Assembly: GCF_009834535.1 (NCBI RefSeq)
Contig: NC_045697.1
Location: 71,488,001 to 71,552,000, forward strand
Source of the DNA: Camelus ferus
Lineage: Eukaryota
Direction: 5' to 3'
DNA length: 64,000 bases
The notes beneath the pieces are model-generated. The model made no database searches. It was not told the DNA's origin and saw only the letters and a program-made list of their open reading frames with translations. Positions 12,901-26,343 of the stretch are shown piece by piece. A program made the translations under genes and the position numbers. Position 1 is the stretch's first letter. Every line of letters starts with the position of its first letter.

Positions 12901-15900
12901 TACCTGGGATTTCCATCAAACCCCGCAGAACATACCACATTTGGTCACCTGGGACATACCCAGCGCACATGCTCTTTGGGAGGGCGTATGCTCATGTGCC
13001 TGGCATAGAGCTCACATTCAGTTTCAGTGCAGGGTGAAAACAAGTGTCCTAGGTCAATCCCAGCAAAGTTGCTGTGGCTTCTTCTTGCAATGGTTGGTTT
13101 TCCTTTTCTCTGATCTTTCCAACCTACCGAGAAGAGAAGCAGCAGCTATGAAATTGCGAGCACAGATGCACACTTGGCTAGTCCTCTCCTTAGTAAGAGA
13201 GCCAGGGAGCCTGCTGTTATGTCTCTAGGGTTACATGATGATTAAGCGTATCCTTCAGCTCTTTACCTGCACGGAGGCAGGCATAATCGCCCAGGTCTCC
13301 ATCTCTTCTGTTGGAAATTCTGGCATTTATTTTTCAGTTTAGTTTCTTCCATGTATCTATATATGTTGCTTCAGTTGTGCATCAGTGCGTGAGGTTCACA
13401 TATTAATACTGACTTTTCATTTTGGATTGTTTTTCTAAATTGAAGTATTACACATATATTGATTGTGTGATTTTTTTCCTTTCTTTTTTTTTTTTTTTCA
13501 GTCAGGCATCTTAAATCTTTCCTGTCAACTTATTAACCATAATAAATGTCCATGCTACAAATCAGTATCTGGGGATTGACTCAGAGTGTGCAGACAGTGG
13601 TTTCCTGTGAAGAGGCAGCTGGGTTTCCAGTGTTGGTAGCCAAATCCTTTGCTTATTGACATCCTTTACCTGGTGTTCTGAAGTTTATTAGCGTCCTCCA
13701 GATGCATGTTGAATTTTTCATTTCATTTTATATTTTTAGAGGTAGTGTTGAGTGACACAATGAGTAGTGAGAAGACTCATTTTAAAATCTTACTCATGCA
13801 ATGACAATGCAGTGGCTGGAGGGTATCTATTAAGGGCCTCCGTGGCCGCCTCTACAGAAGGGGAAAAACAGTCCTCACCCCAAGAGTGTCATAAGGGCTG
13901 AATGAAATACTAACTCAAAATAGGGGTTTTAATTCATAGTATATATGTAACTAACTTGTTGCTTTTTAATCTTAGTTATTAATATCATATTGATTAATTC
14001 ACATATGTAATTTACAGACCTGGGCATTCATTTTTATACAAAATTTTGATAAAGTCACCATAAAATAAATTTCCAGACTTTCACACTTTGATTATAAAGT
14101 TCCTAAGGCTCATAAGTAGGAGGCTCATTGTTTAAAAATAGACTCACTTGGTCTTAATTTCCCTGGAATAAGATTCTGCTATTTTGGGTATTGTTTTTTT
14201 ACCCTCCCACTTTGTTTGTTTTTTTTGTTTGTTTGTTTTGTTTTTTTGCAGTGCTTTTTATGATTCATTTTCATTGTTTTAAAGGCCAAATATTCAAAGA
14301 AAGAATATATACTTCTTTACCACTTTTACCATTATATTACTTTAAACCTGATCCTGGTGGGCAAATACATGTGACAGTGAAAAAGGCACATTCTCCCTAA
14401 GAAAGGACACCTCACTTTAATTACTTATTCTTTTGCAATTGGAAGATAGTTTAGGGGTCAGCATATATTTGTTTTAGCCCTCTCTGAACTTCATTTGCTT
14501 TCTTTGTATATCTAGAACTCATGCAATTATTTATAAGCAAAATAACATGTTAGAACTTTATAACTTAGAAATTACTACATAAATGTTACTTTTTGTTATA
14601 AAAATAAGAATTGGCTTATGTTGCTAGGATAAAATGAAAGTAGAAAAATACCCAATTAGTCTTTTCTTTGTTTGGGATACTCTTCCAATCAGAATTGAGA
14701 AAGCAAGCTCAGTGAGCAGTTTATCACGCATTTTGCATTTTCTCTATTTTTTTAATTTAATTTTTATTTAATTTTAACAGAACCTGGATATTGTATTTTG
14801 GGGAGGACAAAGTCAACCTCAAGAGCTCTGTAAGACTGACAAAGTTTATGACCAGTGCCTTCGATCTCTGCCTCTTTTTAGCTTGTCTGCCTTGGAGGAC
14901 TGTATTTTCAGGTGTACTTAGCACCATCAGTGTTTTCTACTCTGGCACTTTAACTGAAAGAACATACTTACTTTACTCCTGAGGCCAATCAAAAATAACC
15001 TTTTTACTTGAGAATTGAGAACTGGTCCAGTACACTTGTCTGTTGAAAGTCAAGGTGTCAAGACATTCTCAGGCTAGGGCTATAGGAGGAACAGCACTGG
15101 ATACAGAAAGTAAAGTCCCATAGGAGGGTACATGTGGCTGGTATTGGTAAAGATGATTAAGGTTCATAGGGAATGTGCTGGGACCTAGCATTTTTAAAGG
15201 CAGAATTATATTTGAAAATAATTTAACATTCTTAGTATTAAAAGTTAAACTTATTAGTTGTATTTTCTCAGTAGAAAGTACGAGGGAGTATTACTGAGAC
15301 CACTACATTGCTGAGAAGATGCTTTGCTAACCCCACCTCAGGGAAGAAGGTAAACCTGCAGGGTTTTAATATGGACTGATCTCTTCTCCTTGGGCCCAGG
15401 GTAATGGTTTACTTGCTTTACTGGAAGAAAGAAGAGAAAAACTGAAAAAAGTGAGAAGGGAGCTAGTGAGATGGTAAAGGCCAACCTCTGTCTACATCAA
15501 GTTATATTAAGTTACTCACTTCACAAAATAATTGAAGTTACTTTTTGAGAGTAAGATTAGATGTGGAGCCTGGGCTTCTCACTTAGTGTAACATGGGCTG
15601 ATCTGAGGCACTGTGTCCTGAGAAAAAAATTGTTGAGTCAGAGAGGAAGTGGCTGAGAACTCCCGGAAATCAAAGGTCTAGACTCTGCTGTGGAAGGAAG
15701 ATCAATCAATAAGAGCCCATGCTAAGTCTGATCAGGCCATAGGGAGCCAGGGGACCCTGAGGTAACACCTGAGCTAAGAGGAGAAGTTATTTTTGCTTAT
15801 CTCTTTCTGAGTTTCCTTTCATGGTAAACGAGTGTTCGTATATCCTAAAACTCTCCACTGGATACGCTTTCCATCTCCTGCCTTGACTGGCTACTCCTGT

Positions 15901-16149
15901 CTTTTCTGTGTTTGAATCCACTGCAACTTGGTTTCTACTCCTAATCATTCTACTGGAACCACTCTTACAGGAATGGAAGCATTTGCAATATAAGCTCACA
16001 ACATTTCTATGATTTAGGTATCATTATTATTGCCATCTGTGTCGTGGGGATAATTATAGAACTGACTACATAAGGTTAGTTGAGCTTCAGTTATCATGCA
16101 GTTAGTTTTTAACAGGCACTTGTTATTGTTATTATGACGATTATGTTGT

Positions 16150-17160
16150 TGCTGCTGCCTCTTTCCGGCGGAAATGCTGTTATTCTTGGTTACTAAGACA
16201 AGCTTTTTTCTGCATTTTCAATCTTCTTCCCTGGACACTTTCTATGTCTCCCTTGAATCTGCTCTTTCTTTGCCGATCCCTGAAAAACTAGTGTTCTTTG
16301 GGGTTCCTCCTGAGTGATAGGCCATAAGCAATAGCTTCTTTTCCCACCATTTCAATTATATCTACTTGTTGATTTTTTTTCTCAAATGTTTACCTCCAGG
16401 CTCTAACCCTACTGAGCTCCAGAACTCTGAGTGTAATCACTGCTTTTGTTTTCCCAGCTCAGTGAGTGGCCATGCCTGCCAGTTGCCCAAGCCAAAAGCT
16501 GGATGTCATCAATGACTTTCCTCCATATTCAATCCATACTTGGACTGGCCAGTTCTATCCTCTAAATATTTCTGGAATCTGTCTACTTTGCTTCAGCCTC
16601 TGTGTCACTGACATTTCAGGATTGCATGGTATCCTACTTGGTCTCCCTTTCTTCCAGTAAACAGCCTTTGGATCCTTCTCTGTGTCACAGTGAGCTTATC
16701 ACAAACTGACGCAGATTCATCTCCCACCACTTTCTGCTTGAATAGGTCCAGGCCTATTAAACTATTCTAAGTTCCCTCAAGATGTTACATTCCCAGTTTA
16801 GCTTAGGGCTTTGAACATTCCCTCTGCCTGGAAAGCCACTTCCTTTCCCTGTACCCTTCATTTGGTTGATTCCTTCTCATCCTTCAGATTTTAGCTCAGA
16901 TATTGTTTCCTCTAGAAATCCCTTCCTGCTTCACTCAAACTTTGAATGAGGTATTTCTGCTCTATGCATCTACAGTGCCCCTTGCAGCTCTCCCCACAGT
17001 GCCATGTCATTGCCCAGATGCTTGTCTGTCTCTTCCACCTGCCTGAAAGCATCCTTTTGTACAGAAATGGTATTTTGTTTATTACTGTATCTCTAGAAAC
17101 CAGCACAGCATCCAGCATACAGTAAGTATTTATGGAATATTTGTCAAAAGAGTAAGAGTG
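16150..17160 (+). mobile_element. L2 (L2b/L2c-like) 3' portion
   Basis: ccagttgcccaagccaaaagctggatgtcatc; ttcctctgcctggaa; ends cagcacagcatccagcatacagtaagtatttatggaatatttg. Confidence 0.85.
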
Positions 17161-17302
17161 GGCAATAAAAACTCATTTAACATTTAAATGTTTTTTTTAA
17201 ACAATGTACCCCCATAAAGGAAGCACATCCTGATTAAAGTATATATTGTAGCAAATTGCTCTGTTTCTCAGTTGCCCAATCTGTAAAATAAAGAGGATGG
17301 AG

Positions 17303-17306
<4 letters not shown>

Positions 17307-17338
<32 letters not shown>
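17307..17338. repeat. (AC)16 microsatellite within a MIR-like fragment
   Basis: Seen directly. Preceded by the MIR core tctcagttgcccaatctgtaaaat. Confidence 0.95.
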
Positions 17339-17342
<4 letters not shown>

Positions 17343-17687
17343 ATCAGCTCTAACATTGTATTATTTTCTGAAGAATCCTCAGTGAGAAACTACTAATGAT
17401 GCCATCAAAGAGACCCATTAAACAACAGTCCAGAAAGATGATTCCCTCTTGGCTAAGTCAACAAATACTATCTTTCTAGATACTGGATGTAGGGCCACTG
17501 TTTAATTCCAGATATTCTAGGATACTTTCAAGTCTAAGCTCAATAAATAACATTCTAGACTGAAGTCTAGACCATTCTAAAATAACTGGGACAATGTGTG
17601 TTTTTGAATCCTGGTGTTATACTATTAGTGGTTTAATGCTGAGCCAATATTACAATTTTGTGTCTACCTGGAAGTTACACCAAATGT

Positions 17688-17905
17688 ACAGTAGAGCAGT
17701 GACTCGGTAGTCAGACTGCCTGGACACAAATTAGGCAGTTCTCACCATGGCTTTTGGCGGATCTCAGTTTTCTCTGCAAATTGGGATAACAGTGGTAACT
17801 AACTTATGGTATTTTGTGAAGATTAATGCATTAAGACATGCAAAATTATTAAAACAGTGTCTGGTATAGAGTGTAAAGTCAAATATTATCTATTATTGTA
17901 TTATT
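17688..17905 (+). mobile_element. MIR SINE
   Basis: gtcagactgcctgg...tctcagttttctctgcaaattgggataacagt...ttgtgaagattaa...aaaacagtgtctgg. Confidence 0.85.
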
Positions 17906-18274
17906 AACTTACCACTATTTAAATTACTTTCTAATTTACTTAACTTTTAGTTAAGGAGATTTTCAAGATGAGAGGGTCTTCTGCCATCTGTGATCTCTTC
18001 CATCTGCCTTTGCAGAAAAACCCCTTCACTGGACCACCAGATGTCACTGTTTCTGACAGTTTCCACCTTCTTGACCATCTTAAGATATTATGCCATTTCA
18101 AAGGGAAGACGTGTGAAATTCTCTAAAACCATATGTAAATTATATATAAAGCCATCTTGAAAGTATAATTTTCATATATTACTCAAGGAGTTCATATTAC
18201 ACTTGCCGCCTCTGCAATGATGCTGATGATAATGAGGACCTGACAATGACTTCTAAATGGATCATTTTGGGTTT

Positions 18275-18775
18275 ATTCATTATTTAAGCCATTCAACGAA
18301 AGCATTTTCATCAGTGGCTATATTTAAGATACTTGGTAGAAAACTAAATTAAATTGGACATGGATGCCACCACTAGAGAGAGGCTAATAACAGAGACAGG
18401 AGAGTTACAAATAGCTTAAACCAGGTTGAGAGCGATAAATGCTATATAAACAAGGAGAAATATTATTCCATGAAAGGACAGAAAAGGAAAAGATGTTTCT
18501 TGATAGGGGATTAAGGACAGTAATACGGAGAAGGATTTGAGTGAGATCTTAAAGAGCAATTGGAATCTGACATAGGTAAGTGTGCTGGGTATGATTTGTA
18601 TGTGCAAAGATTGAATATAGGAAAGGACAGAAAATATCCATCGAACTGTAAGAGGTTTACTTAATCGCACATGTAGAACATGTCATAGAGAGTGATTTAA
18701 AAAAAAAAAGGTAACAATATATATTGGGATCAGATTGTGAAAGCCTTTGAATACCAAGGAATAAGCTTTAGAAGT
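18275..18775 (-). mobile_element. L2 fragment
   Basis: cattcaacgaaagcatttt; gatttgagtgagatcttaaag; cagattgtgaaagcctttgaataccaagg. Confidence 0.75.
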
Positions 18776-19020
18776 GTAGCAAAATAGAGTACTGAAGGTA
18801 TGCATAGGTGAGTTTGAGTCCTGGTTTAGGCTCTTAACTGTTTAAGCTTAGACCAAACAACCTCCCACCCCCAGCACTGAAAGAGAGAGAGAGATTGGGA
18901 GAGAGACTGAACTGCAGTCAGTTTCCTGACTGGTAAAGCTGGGCAAATAGCACTATTGGGAGGTTGGGAAGATTGACAATAATGCACTGTAGGCAGTCAG
19001 AACACGTAAGCTATTACTGT
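18776..19020 (+). mobile_element. MIR SINE (interrupted)
   Basis: tgagtttgagtcctggttt; tcagtttcctgactggtaaagctggg; ggttgggaagatt. Confidence 0.6.
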
Positions 19021-21384
19021 AATTTAATCTTTTGATGTTACAGTTCCTTTAATATCAGAAATTGTATTTCTATATTTAGCGGAAAGTGAGAGACAACTGA
19101 AGTCAAAGTGCCTTAGAACAGATTTTCCCCTCTTCCCTGAGAGCACAGGGAGACCTGCCTTGGGACCCTGTGTGTCTCTGGTTGAACCAGGCTTTTGTAT
19201 AAATGGAACAAGCGGTCGTGTGACTCTCGGTATATCCTCAGAGGTGCTTACGGATTTGTTGAAGTTCTTAACTGCAAGGGTCAGTCTTAAACCACAGGTG
19301 CCCCCACCATGTTTCCAAAGAGGGTGCTAGAACCCTGTTAGGCTCCACCGGAGAATACTCCTGTTACAGTACTTAGGCTCTTTACCCCTTCTCCAAGCTC
19401 AGAAAACGTGCCCTGTTTGGAGAATTTTCAGAAACCTGCTTGTTTTGTTTTTAAGAATGAAAACCAGTTCATTAATATTTGCTTTCTCTTTAGAGAGATC
19501 CTATGGATTGGGTTACAGTTACATGTTTTGTTTTTTCAATTAAAAAAAATAATCATTCCAGATCAGGTGAACCAAAGAGTCATAACAGTTAGAGCCTCGA
19601 AGAGAAAATCTTCACCCTCCTTTCAGAAGAGTATGGCTGCTCTAATATTGCCTTTAATGTTTTGCAATGATTCACTTTTCCATTGTCCAGAAGGATGGAG
19701 TTTTGCCTAACTTCTTTTCAGAGACTATTCTGGAATATTATGGAACTACTAACTCATTTTTTTCTCTCTCTGGGATATTTCTCCTGACAGAGAAATATTC
19801 TTTTCTGAATTTCATATCTACCTCTTTTCCCTTGAACCAAGCTAAATAATTCATTTCTTCCCTGTTTCAGCTTTTTATAACCCATAACCTGTTATTCTAC
19901 TCCCAGTTTGCTCTGCTTTAACCAAACCGTCCACCTTTAGGGGCCTGGACCTTCCCCCATTTCCCCCATCATTTTACTCTTAATTTAGTTATTTGTGCCA
20001 CTGGAATATTTACAGTAAAAAAGGCACAAAGAGTTTTGCAAGTTTGAAAATTACTTTTGTAGCTATTATTACCAAGGAAACCACTTCCACTGTATCTCAG
20101 TTTTATTTAGCATATAGAGTCCATTATGGGCTAGATTTTGAAGAATCACTGCTAGATGTCTTTGTCTCCCTATCTTTTTCTGTTAGAAAGCTAGGCATCA
20201 GTTTCAAGAAGAAGTTGAGGAAAACAGTAACTGCCCTGAGCATCAACTTTATATAGAAATCTAAGAAGATACAGATTTGAAAGAATAGCTATTTGTTGAT
20301 TACACTGTCTTATGAGACAAATCACTACTTTCAACCTTTCGCTGCCCAGATTTCTAGTATATCTGCTTCACATAGCCAGAGGCAGACAAGATGAAAAACA
20401 AATGAAAAAAGCCTTTGTCAGTTACCACTGAGCATGAGTAGGTGTTCTCCATGGGCAGGTGGCTACTTGCAGGGCGGGAGCTCCTTCTGGCATCCTCATC
20501 ACATGTCCCACCCGCTATTATTCCTATTCATAGTCTTGCATGCTCAGCACGTGTGGCTGGGAGGTGGTATTTCTGCTCGCAGCATCTATTTGTTTTGCAC
20601 AGATAAATATGTAGATAAACTGGCACGCCCTTGTTAAAACTACAAAGAAATTGATTTTGGTCCATTGTAATCTGCTTCAGTTCATCTGCAGCACACGTAG
20701 CCACCCTCTTTAGACCACCTGCTGCCAACCTCTTCCCTCTCCTAAAACAGGGACCTTCACACTTTTCTTGTGATGCATTCACACCATCCAATACAATTAC
20801 ACTAGCGTCTTTACCTGAACTTAAACTTTTACTTTTCAATTCCAGAAAAATTTCATTTCACTTGCTGCTTTGAACTTGATTCTGTAACTAGAGTCTTTTC
20901 ATATCCCTCAGCCTATCAGTGAGATACTGAAAAAATGGTTTACCTTCACTTAAAAACACATCACTTTTCTGAAATCTTTTTCAGAGGCTAGCATATGTAT
21001 GCACCCACATAAACAGTTTTTTCCTTTTCTCCCCACTCCCCTCTCTGAAATTTGAGAATTTAAATGTTAGGGGTATATTGTGGGAAAAGACAGTTTCTAA
21101 TTACTTTTACTTTAGCTTTCTTTGAAGCTGCTCAGGAGTAAGTAATGTTCTCTGAGCCCCTCCCCACTTCCAGTCACCAGCCATTCCCAGGAAATGATCA
21201 ACCCCAGATGTGGTTGTGTATGGCTCATTTCCCAGAACTGATGGATATGTAGGAATACGTGTCAGCATCTAGTCTTTAAGTGTTTTAACTGGCCTTGCCC
21301 TTCTGTTATCTCTTCAACTCCCTATTCCCTAATAGACACTGGCTCCCTTCTTTCCATCCTCTGTGCAGACTTACGCCAGTCTTA

Positions 21385-21680
21385 CTTCAAGCACTGTGCT
21401 GAGCATTGGCATAAGGACAAAAAAGAAAATGTGGACCCATCCCTTATGAAATTGACAGTATAATAGGAGGCAGGGACATAAATTGGCATTTGCAATGTGT
21501 TGTACAACAGTAGGGCTAAGTTCACAGTGTTACAGGAGCTGACTTGAAATGAGTCATGCAGCATGAATTAGAGCTAGCCAGGAAAAGCAGGGACTTGGTC
21601 AGGAATGACCTTTGAAGGGGGAACAGCAAGTGCAAAGGCCCAGCAGTGAGCCAGTGGGAGCCAGTGGACAAACTGGCAGG
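21385..21680 (-). mobile_element. L2 fragment
   Basis: caagcactgtgctgagcattgg; gggaacagcaagtgcaaaggccc. Confidence 0.8.
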
Positions 21681-21921
21681 AGCTAGGGGCATTTCACCAT
21701 GGCCAACCTTTTTCTTTTCACCCTGAGAGACTGTCTGTGGTGATAATAATGACAATTCATTATTGATGTTGACAGTAATTGCAGATGCTGGAAAAGTAAA
21801 CATTGAAGAAAAAAACTTCAGTTATACAAAAGTAATACTAACCACAGGCATTCGTAGTAACTCTTCATACTGTGTATCTAGTTAGATATGTAGATCTGTG
21901 TATCTAGCAGGGCATGTGAGT

Positions 21922-22060
21922 TGAGAATCACACTTTCAGATCTGAAAGAGACCTTGTGGGTCATTTAAATCAATTTTTCATTTTACAGATGAAGAAAATG
22001 AGGCTCAGTGATACTCAGTGACAGTTTCAAGGTTGGTCCCCTGGAGCAGAGCAAGGACAC
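21922..22060 (-). mobile_element. MIR/MIR3 SINE
   Basis: tcattttacagatgaagaaaatgaggctcag (antisense core). Confidence 0.8.
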
Positions 22061-23831
22061 CAGATGAATAGAAATATGCTCTGTTGACTTAATTGTAGTG
22101 TAATTTTATTACAATTATAACTTAACATTTACAGTTATTTTCAAGACAGGCTATTCATGGGGCACAGTTACTTGTTCACCCTCAACATTCCCTTTCTCCA
22201 GTTGAAGTTTTCAGTACTATGATGATGAAATAATCACCAACCACAGAGCCTGTTTTGTTTAGGATTGTTCCTGTTCCAGTGTTGTACATGTAAATTTGGG
22301 TAGCTGAAATAATCCCACTCAGTTCGCAGTGAGAATGTGGACCGTGGCTTGTCAAAATGAATCTGTGCAAGTATAGAATAGTGAGAATCCATAAAATGCA
22401 ATTCTGAAATTAATCAGCCCATCGTAGGGCTTTATAATGATAAAAGCCAGTGTTTTCATTATTTAAGCATTGTTGTTGGCAGATGGACCACAGTGGGCTT
22501 CAGAATCAGGACTCACCCTAATAGAGAATAAGATTAACCATTTATTGAAATAGTGAGGATTGCACTAGAACAGAGCAAATGGAAATAAATCTTAAGAGAA
22601 ACAAAATGGGTATTACATGGGCCAGTACCACAAGTTAATCCTCCCCCTTTTCAATCCCCAAGTGCAAATGGCAAGTTGCTTTAAGGCAGAGTCTATCTAA
22701 TCTCTTTCACATCTGTTCTCTAAAGCCTTGTGGTAGACGGATATTTCGCTGCAGAACTGGCATCCAAACAGGTTCAGGAAAATGAAAATCCAGCAGTAGA
22801 ATTAAACCAAAGAATTGTGAAATTTGATCATTTTCCCCCCATTTTTGTATTTCTGATTTCAATTTCCTGAATTTAGGAAGCAGGACAGTAGTAAAGCCAC
22901 ACGTCATTACTGGACAATGGTACATTCTCGTAATGCCTTTTTCTACCATTGAAAGTATATTGGAAACCTATGGAGGGGAGCACAGATCCTGAAGTACAGC
23001 CGATCTGAGTATCAGGTCCCTGTGCTTGACTAACCACATACTGCAGTGTTTAGTCCCAAAGTCAAAGGATGCCTACCTAAGATGAAGCAAGGTTGCTTGA
23101 TGTGACTTTACCCCAAACCCCAGTTTAGTTTCCTAGATAGCTAGGCTGAACTAGGTGAAAACTTCTCTTTGCTTTGACATAGCTACCTTTTACCTGAAAC
23201 CAAATTTCTGCAAAAAGACTTTATATCTCTCTTAAGCTCATTCTGAATCTTGGCTCTTCACATTCTAACTGTGAAGAAAAGCTGTCTAGAAGGGTGAAAT
23301 CAGTAGCAAGAGGAAGCCCTAAGAGGTGGAAAGAAAACTGGGACAGAGATGCTAGGACCTGTGTCAGGTATTACTCTCTTGTAAGGTACTGGGGCTCTAC
23401 CCTTCTGGAAGGAAGAGCATTCAAAGAGCCAGAAAGAAATGTTGACCCTTATATAGGCTTGCTTATGTCCGTCATTAGTCAACAAAGTGCCCTTAGCCCC
23501 TAACCATGACTACCCTCAAGGCAAGAAGCAGAGAGCATCCTTGATCTCTCTCCCCTCAAGACTGTTGGAGTACAAGACAAGAATAGCAAGAGAGGAACTA
23601 GTGCTTATCACAACCTTTCTGATATGCTTAGATTTGCCTAAAATTAACGAGCACTGATTCAGCATCTGGTGTGGACCACTTTTTCCCACTTCCTTGCTTC
23701 TAGAATTAGAATCATAGGTTCACAGCATGTCACAGTTGGAAGGGACCCTAGAAGGCAGTCTAACTAATGAAATACTTGGGCCTCTGGTACTCCATTCCTG
23801 CAAGTTGGTTATCATTTCTCCTTGAATACTT

Positions 23832-23919
23832 TTTTTTAATTTAATTTTTAAAAGTCATTTTTTAATTGAAATGTGGTCAGTTTACAATGTTAGTTTCAGG
23901 TGTACGGCAAAGTGAATCA
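23832..23919 (-). mobile_element. Severely 5'-truncated young L1 (3' terminus and A-tail) inserted in a MIR3-like element
   Basis: Reverse complement tgattcactttgccgtacacctgaaactaacattgtaaactgaccacatttcaatt matches the L1 3' end at 27670-27731. TSD ccttgaatactt (23820-31) / ccttaagtactt (23920-31). Confidence 0.85.
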
Positions 23920-24199
23920 CCTTAAGTACTTCTTGAAGAGTGAATGAAGACAGGGAAGATGGAAGGAAGAGAACATTACCTGGGACTAAATAGCAGGCTC
24001 CGTGCTAAATATTGTATGTATTTTACCATTTAAAACTGGTATCAGTTCTGTGAGTTATTGTTGTGTTTGATAAAAATCAACATTTATGAAAAACTCGGCT
24101 TGCTGACAGGTACGAGTGTAAGCAGTCATGCTGGGAGTAGATAGCCAGTCTTTCTGGACCCCAAATCTCATCCTTTTCACACAGCAACTTTTACATTTT

Positions 24200-24392
24200 A
24201 ATCCCTAGAACACTAATACTTGACATATTTAAAGGTATTATTGAAAAGGGGGTAATGAAGGAGTTTGAGGAAATACTGGGGTGAAAGATGTAAACAAGTT
24301 CTTTTTACTGCAGGAATTCAGTCTTTTATGTGTTGATGCCCTCTGTGTTTCTCTCAAGTGTGATAAAAACCTTCTAAATTTATTGACTGTTT
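24200..24392. mobile_element. hAT-Charlie-type MITE relic (family uncertain)
   Basis: tttactgcaggaattcagtcttttatgtgttgatg...aaatttattgac resembles MER112/MER113-class elements. Confidence 0.4.
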
Positions 24393-25109
24393 ATTTAACA
24401 GTCACAACAGCCCTGTGATCAGGTAGCGTTATGCATGTTTTACATGTGCAGAAACAGGGTTTGGTTGCCTTGCCTAGAGTCACTCAGTAATGGGGAAGCT
24501 GTGATTTTGAACCTGGAGGGTGAGGCTCAGGAGTCTCAGCTCTTATCCGGTACACTGCACTGGTCCTCTGTGGCATTTGATGTGGCCTTAGCTAATTTAT
24601 TGCAAACAACAGCTCCAGTGCCCAGTGCGATACCAGAGAAATCTTGAAGGATCGGAAATGTACCAGCGTATTCAATAAAATCCATATAGGCTGGCAGAGA
24701 CTCTGTGGGAGATACTCATTATTTAGTATTTTATCAAGTAGCTGACCAATTTGGCCATGAATTATGTTAATAGCTATGTTTTCAGAAGACAGAAAATTAT
24801 TATGGTAAACATTAAAAAGAGAAAGTTTAATGTAATGATAATTTAAGGAAGCAAATATTTCACTAGTAGTATATTCTTTTTCCTGTGATTAAGAACTTTC
24901 AATTGTAATAATAAAAGTAGAGGCAAACCCTGATTTAATTAAAACTTTTAAAAGATTATTTTATTTTTTGATAAAAAAGTTATGGTTCATTTTATAACAT
25001 TAAAAATAAACCATCCCTATTTTTACAAGCTAAAGACAGCTATTTCAAATCCACTTTTATCTAAAACATAATTAATAACGTTATTATAGCAGTAAGTATA
25101 TGTATATAA

Positions 25110-25300
25110 TTATATAACAATTATTATTGAGCTCTTACTGGGTACAAAGCACAATGAAAGCAGCTTTCAGAGACTCTTTATGAAGCTGACATTTTATCTC
25201 TGTTTCACAGATGAGGGACTGGGGCAAAGGTATCTTTGTTTTGCTTTTAAATATAAGGAAGAGGTAGAACTGGGAATCAAATTTAGATCTTTTTGAGAAA
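25110..25300 (-). mobile_element. MIR SINE
   Basis: ttattgagctcttactgggtacaaagcac; tttcacagatgagggactgggg. Confidence 0.75.
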
Positions 25301-26055
25301 GCTCTTAAGTTTGTCTACTTAAGGAAAGTGCATGGCCTAGACTAAATAGTAAGGGTGGGTAATGGACCACATACACACACATATATATAAAATAACATGT
25401 ATATGTATATACACACATATATGTACACACACGTATATGAAAGAACACATATGTGTATAAAATAACAGCTTACTAAAGTCATTACTTTAGTCATTACTAA
25501 AATCTGTTAAGTGACCGGGTGAATTGGGATGAAGGGTAGAAAGTTTAACTTAACTGGGGGTGAAGAGAATAAATTTGTGGGTGGAAGGTGCTAAAGTTAG
25601 TTCTAAATACAGTATGTTCGTGGTTCCTATGAAAATTACTGGTGGAGATTCTTAGCGGGCAGTTGAAATGTGAATATGAATTTAGAAGTTGTTTGGTTCT
25701 TTGGGGAGCGCTCAGCATATAGATAGTGTTTAAAACCGTAAGTTTAATTGAATCATGAGACGTGAGGGAAGAGGGATGAAGATCAGATTCTAACAAGAAA
25801 AAATTCATTACATATTATACTTTCCTATAGAATTATTGACAGGCAGTAACATATATAGATAGTGTACATACAGAGAGATGTTTGTTACAAGTGTGCAATT
25901 CATGCTACAGAAATATATTACATAATTCTTCTATTCACAGTAAAATATGCAAAGGAAAAAAAGATATGGCATTTCTACCCTCATATACAATAAATCTCCA
26001 ATAAAAGCATAAAAGGATAAAACCTCAATGTCTTTAATTCATTGACAACTGTATA

Positions 26056-26065
<10 letters not shown>

Positions 26066-26113
<48 letters not shown>
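26066..26113. repeat. (CA)24 microsatellite
   Basis: Perfect repeat seen directly. Confidence 0.95.
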
Positions 26114-26117
<4 letters not shown>

Positions 26118-26343
26118 AAAAGTAAAACCTTGGGTCTAGTTACAGCAACTATGAACAGGAAACATGAGTTTTTTTAAAATTTCTCACCAACACTGGAGTG
26201 TGATGAACCAAAAGAAAGAGGAACCTAACATACAGTATTTTTAGTGTTAAATGCAAATGATAAAATAATAGCAGAACCTCTGCTCAAGTGGAGCCTAACC
26301 TCAACACAGTGGCCAGAGTGACCCTTTGGAAACTTAAGCCAGA

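Noticed and set aside
16162..16174. Palindrome tttccggcggaaa as an ETS/E2F site
   Set aside because: Isolated, at an L2 edge, with no promoter context.
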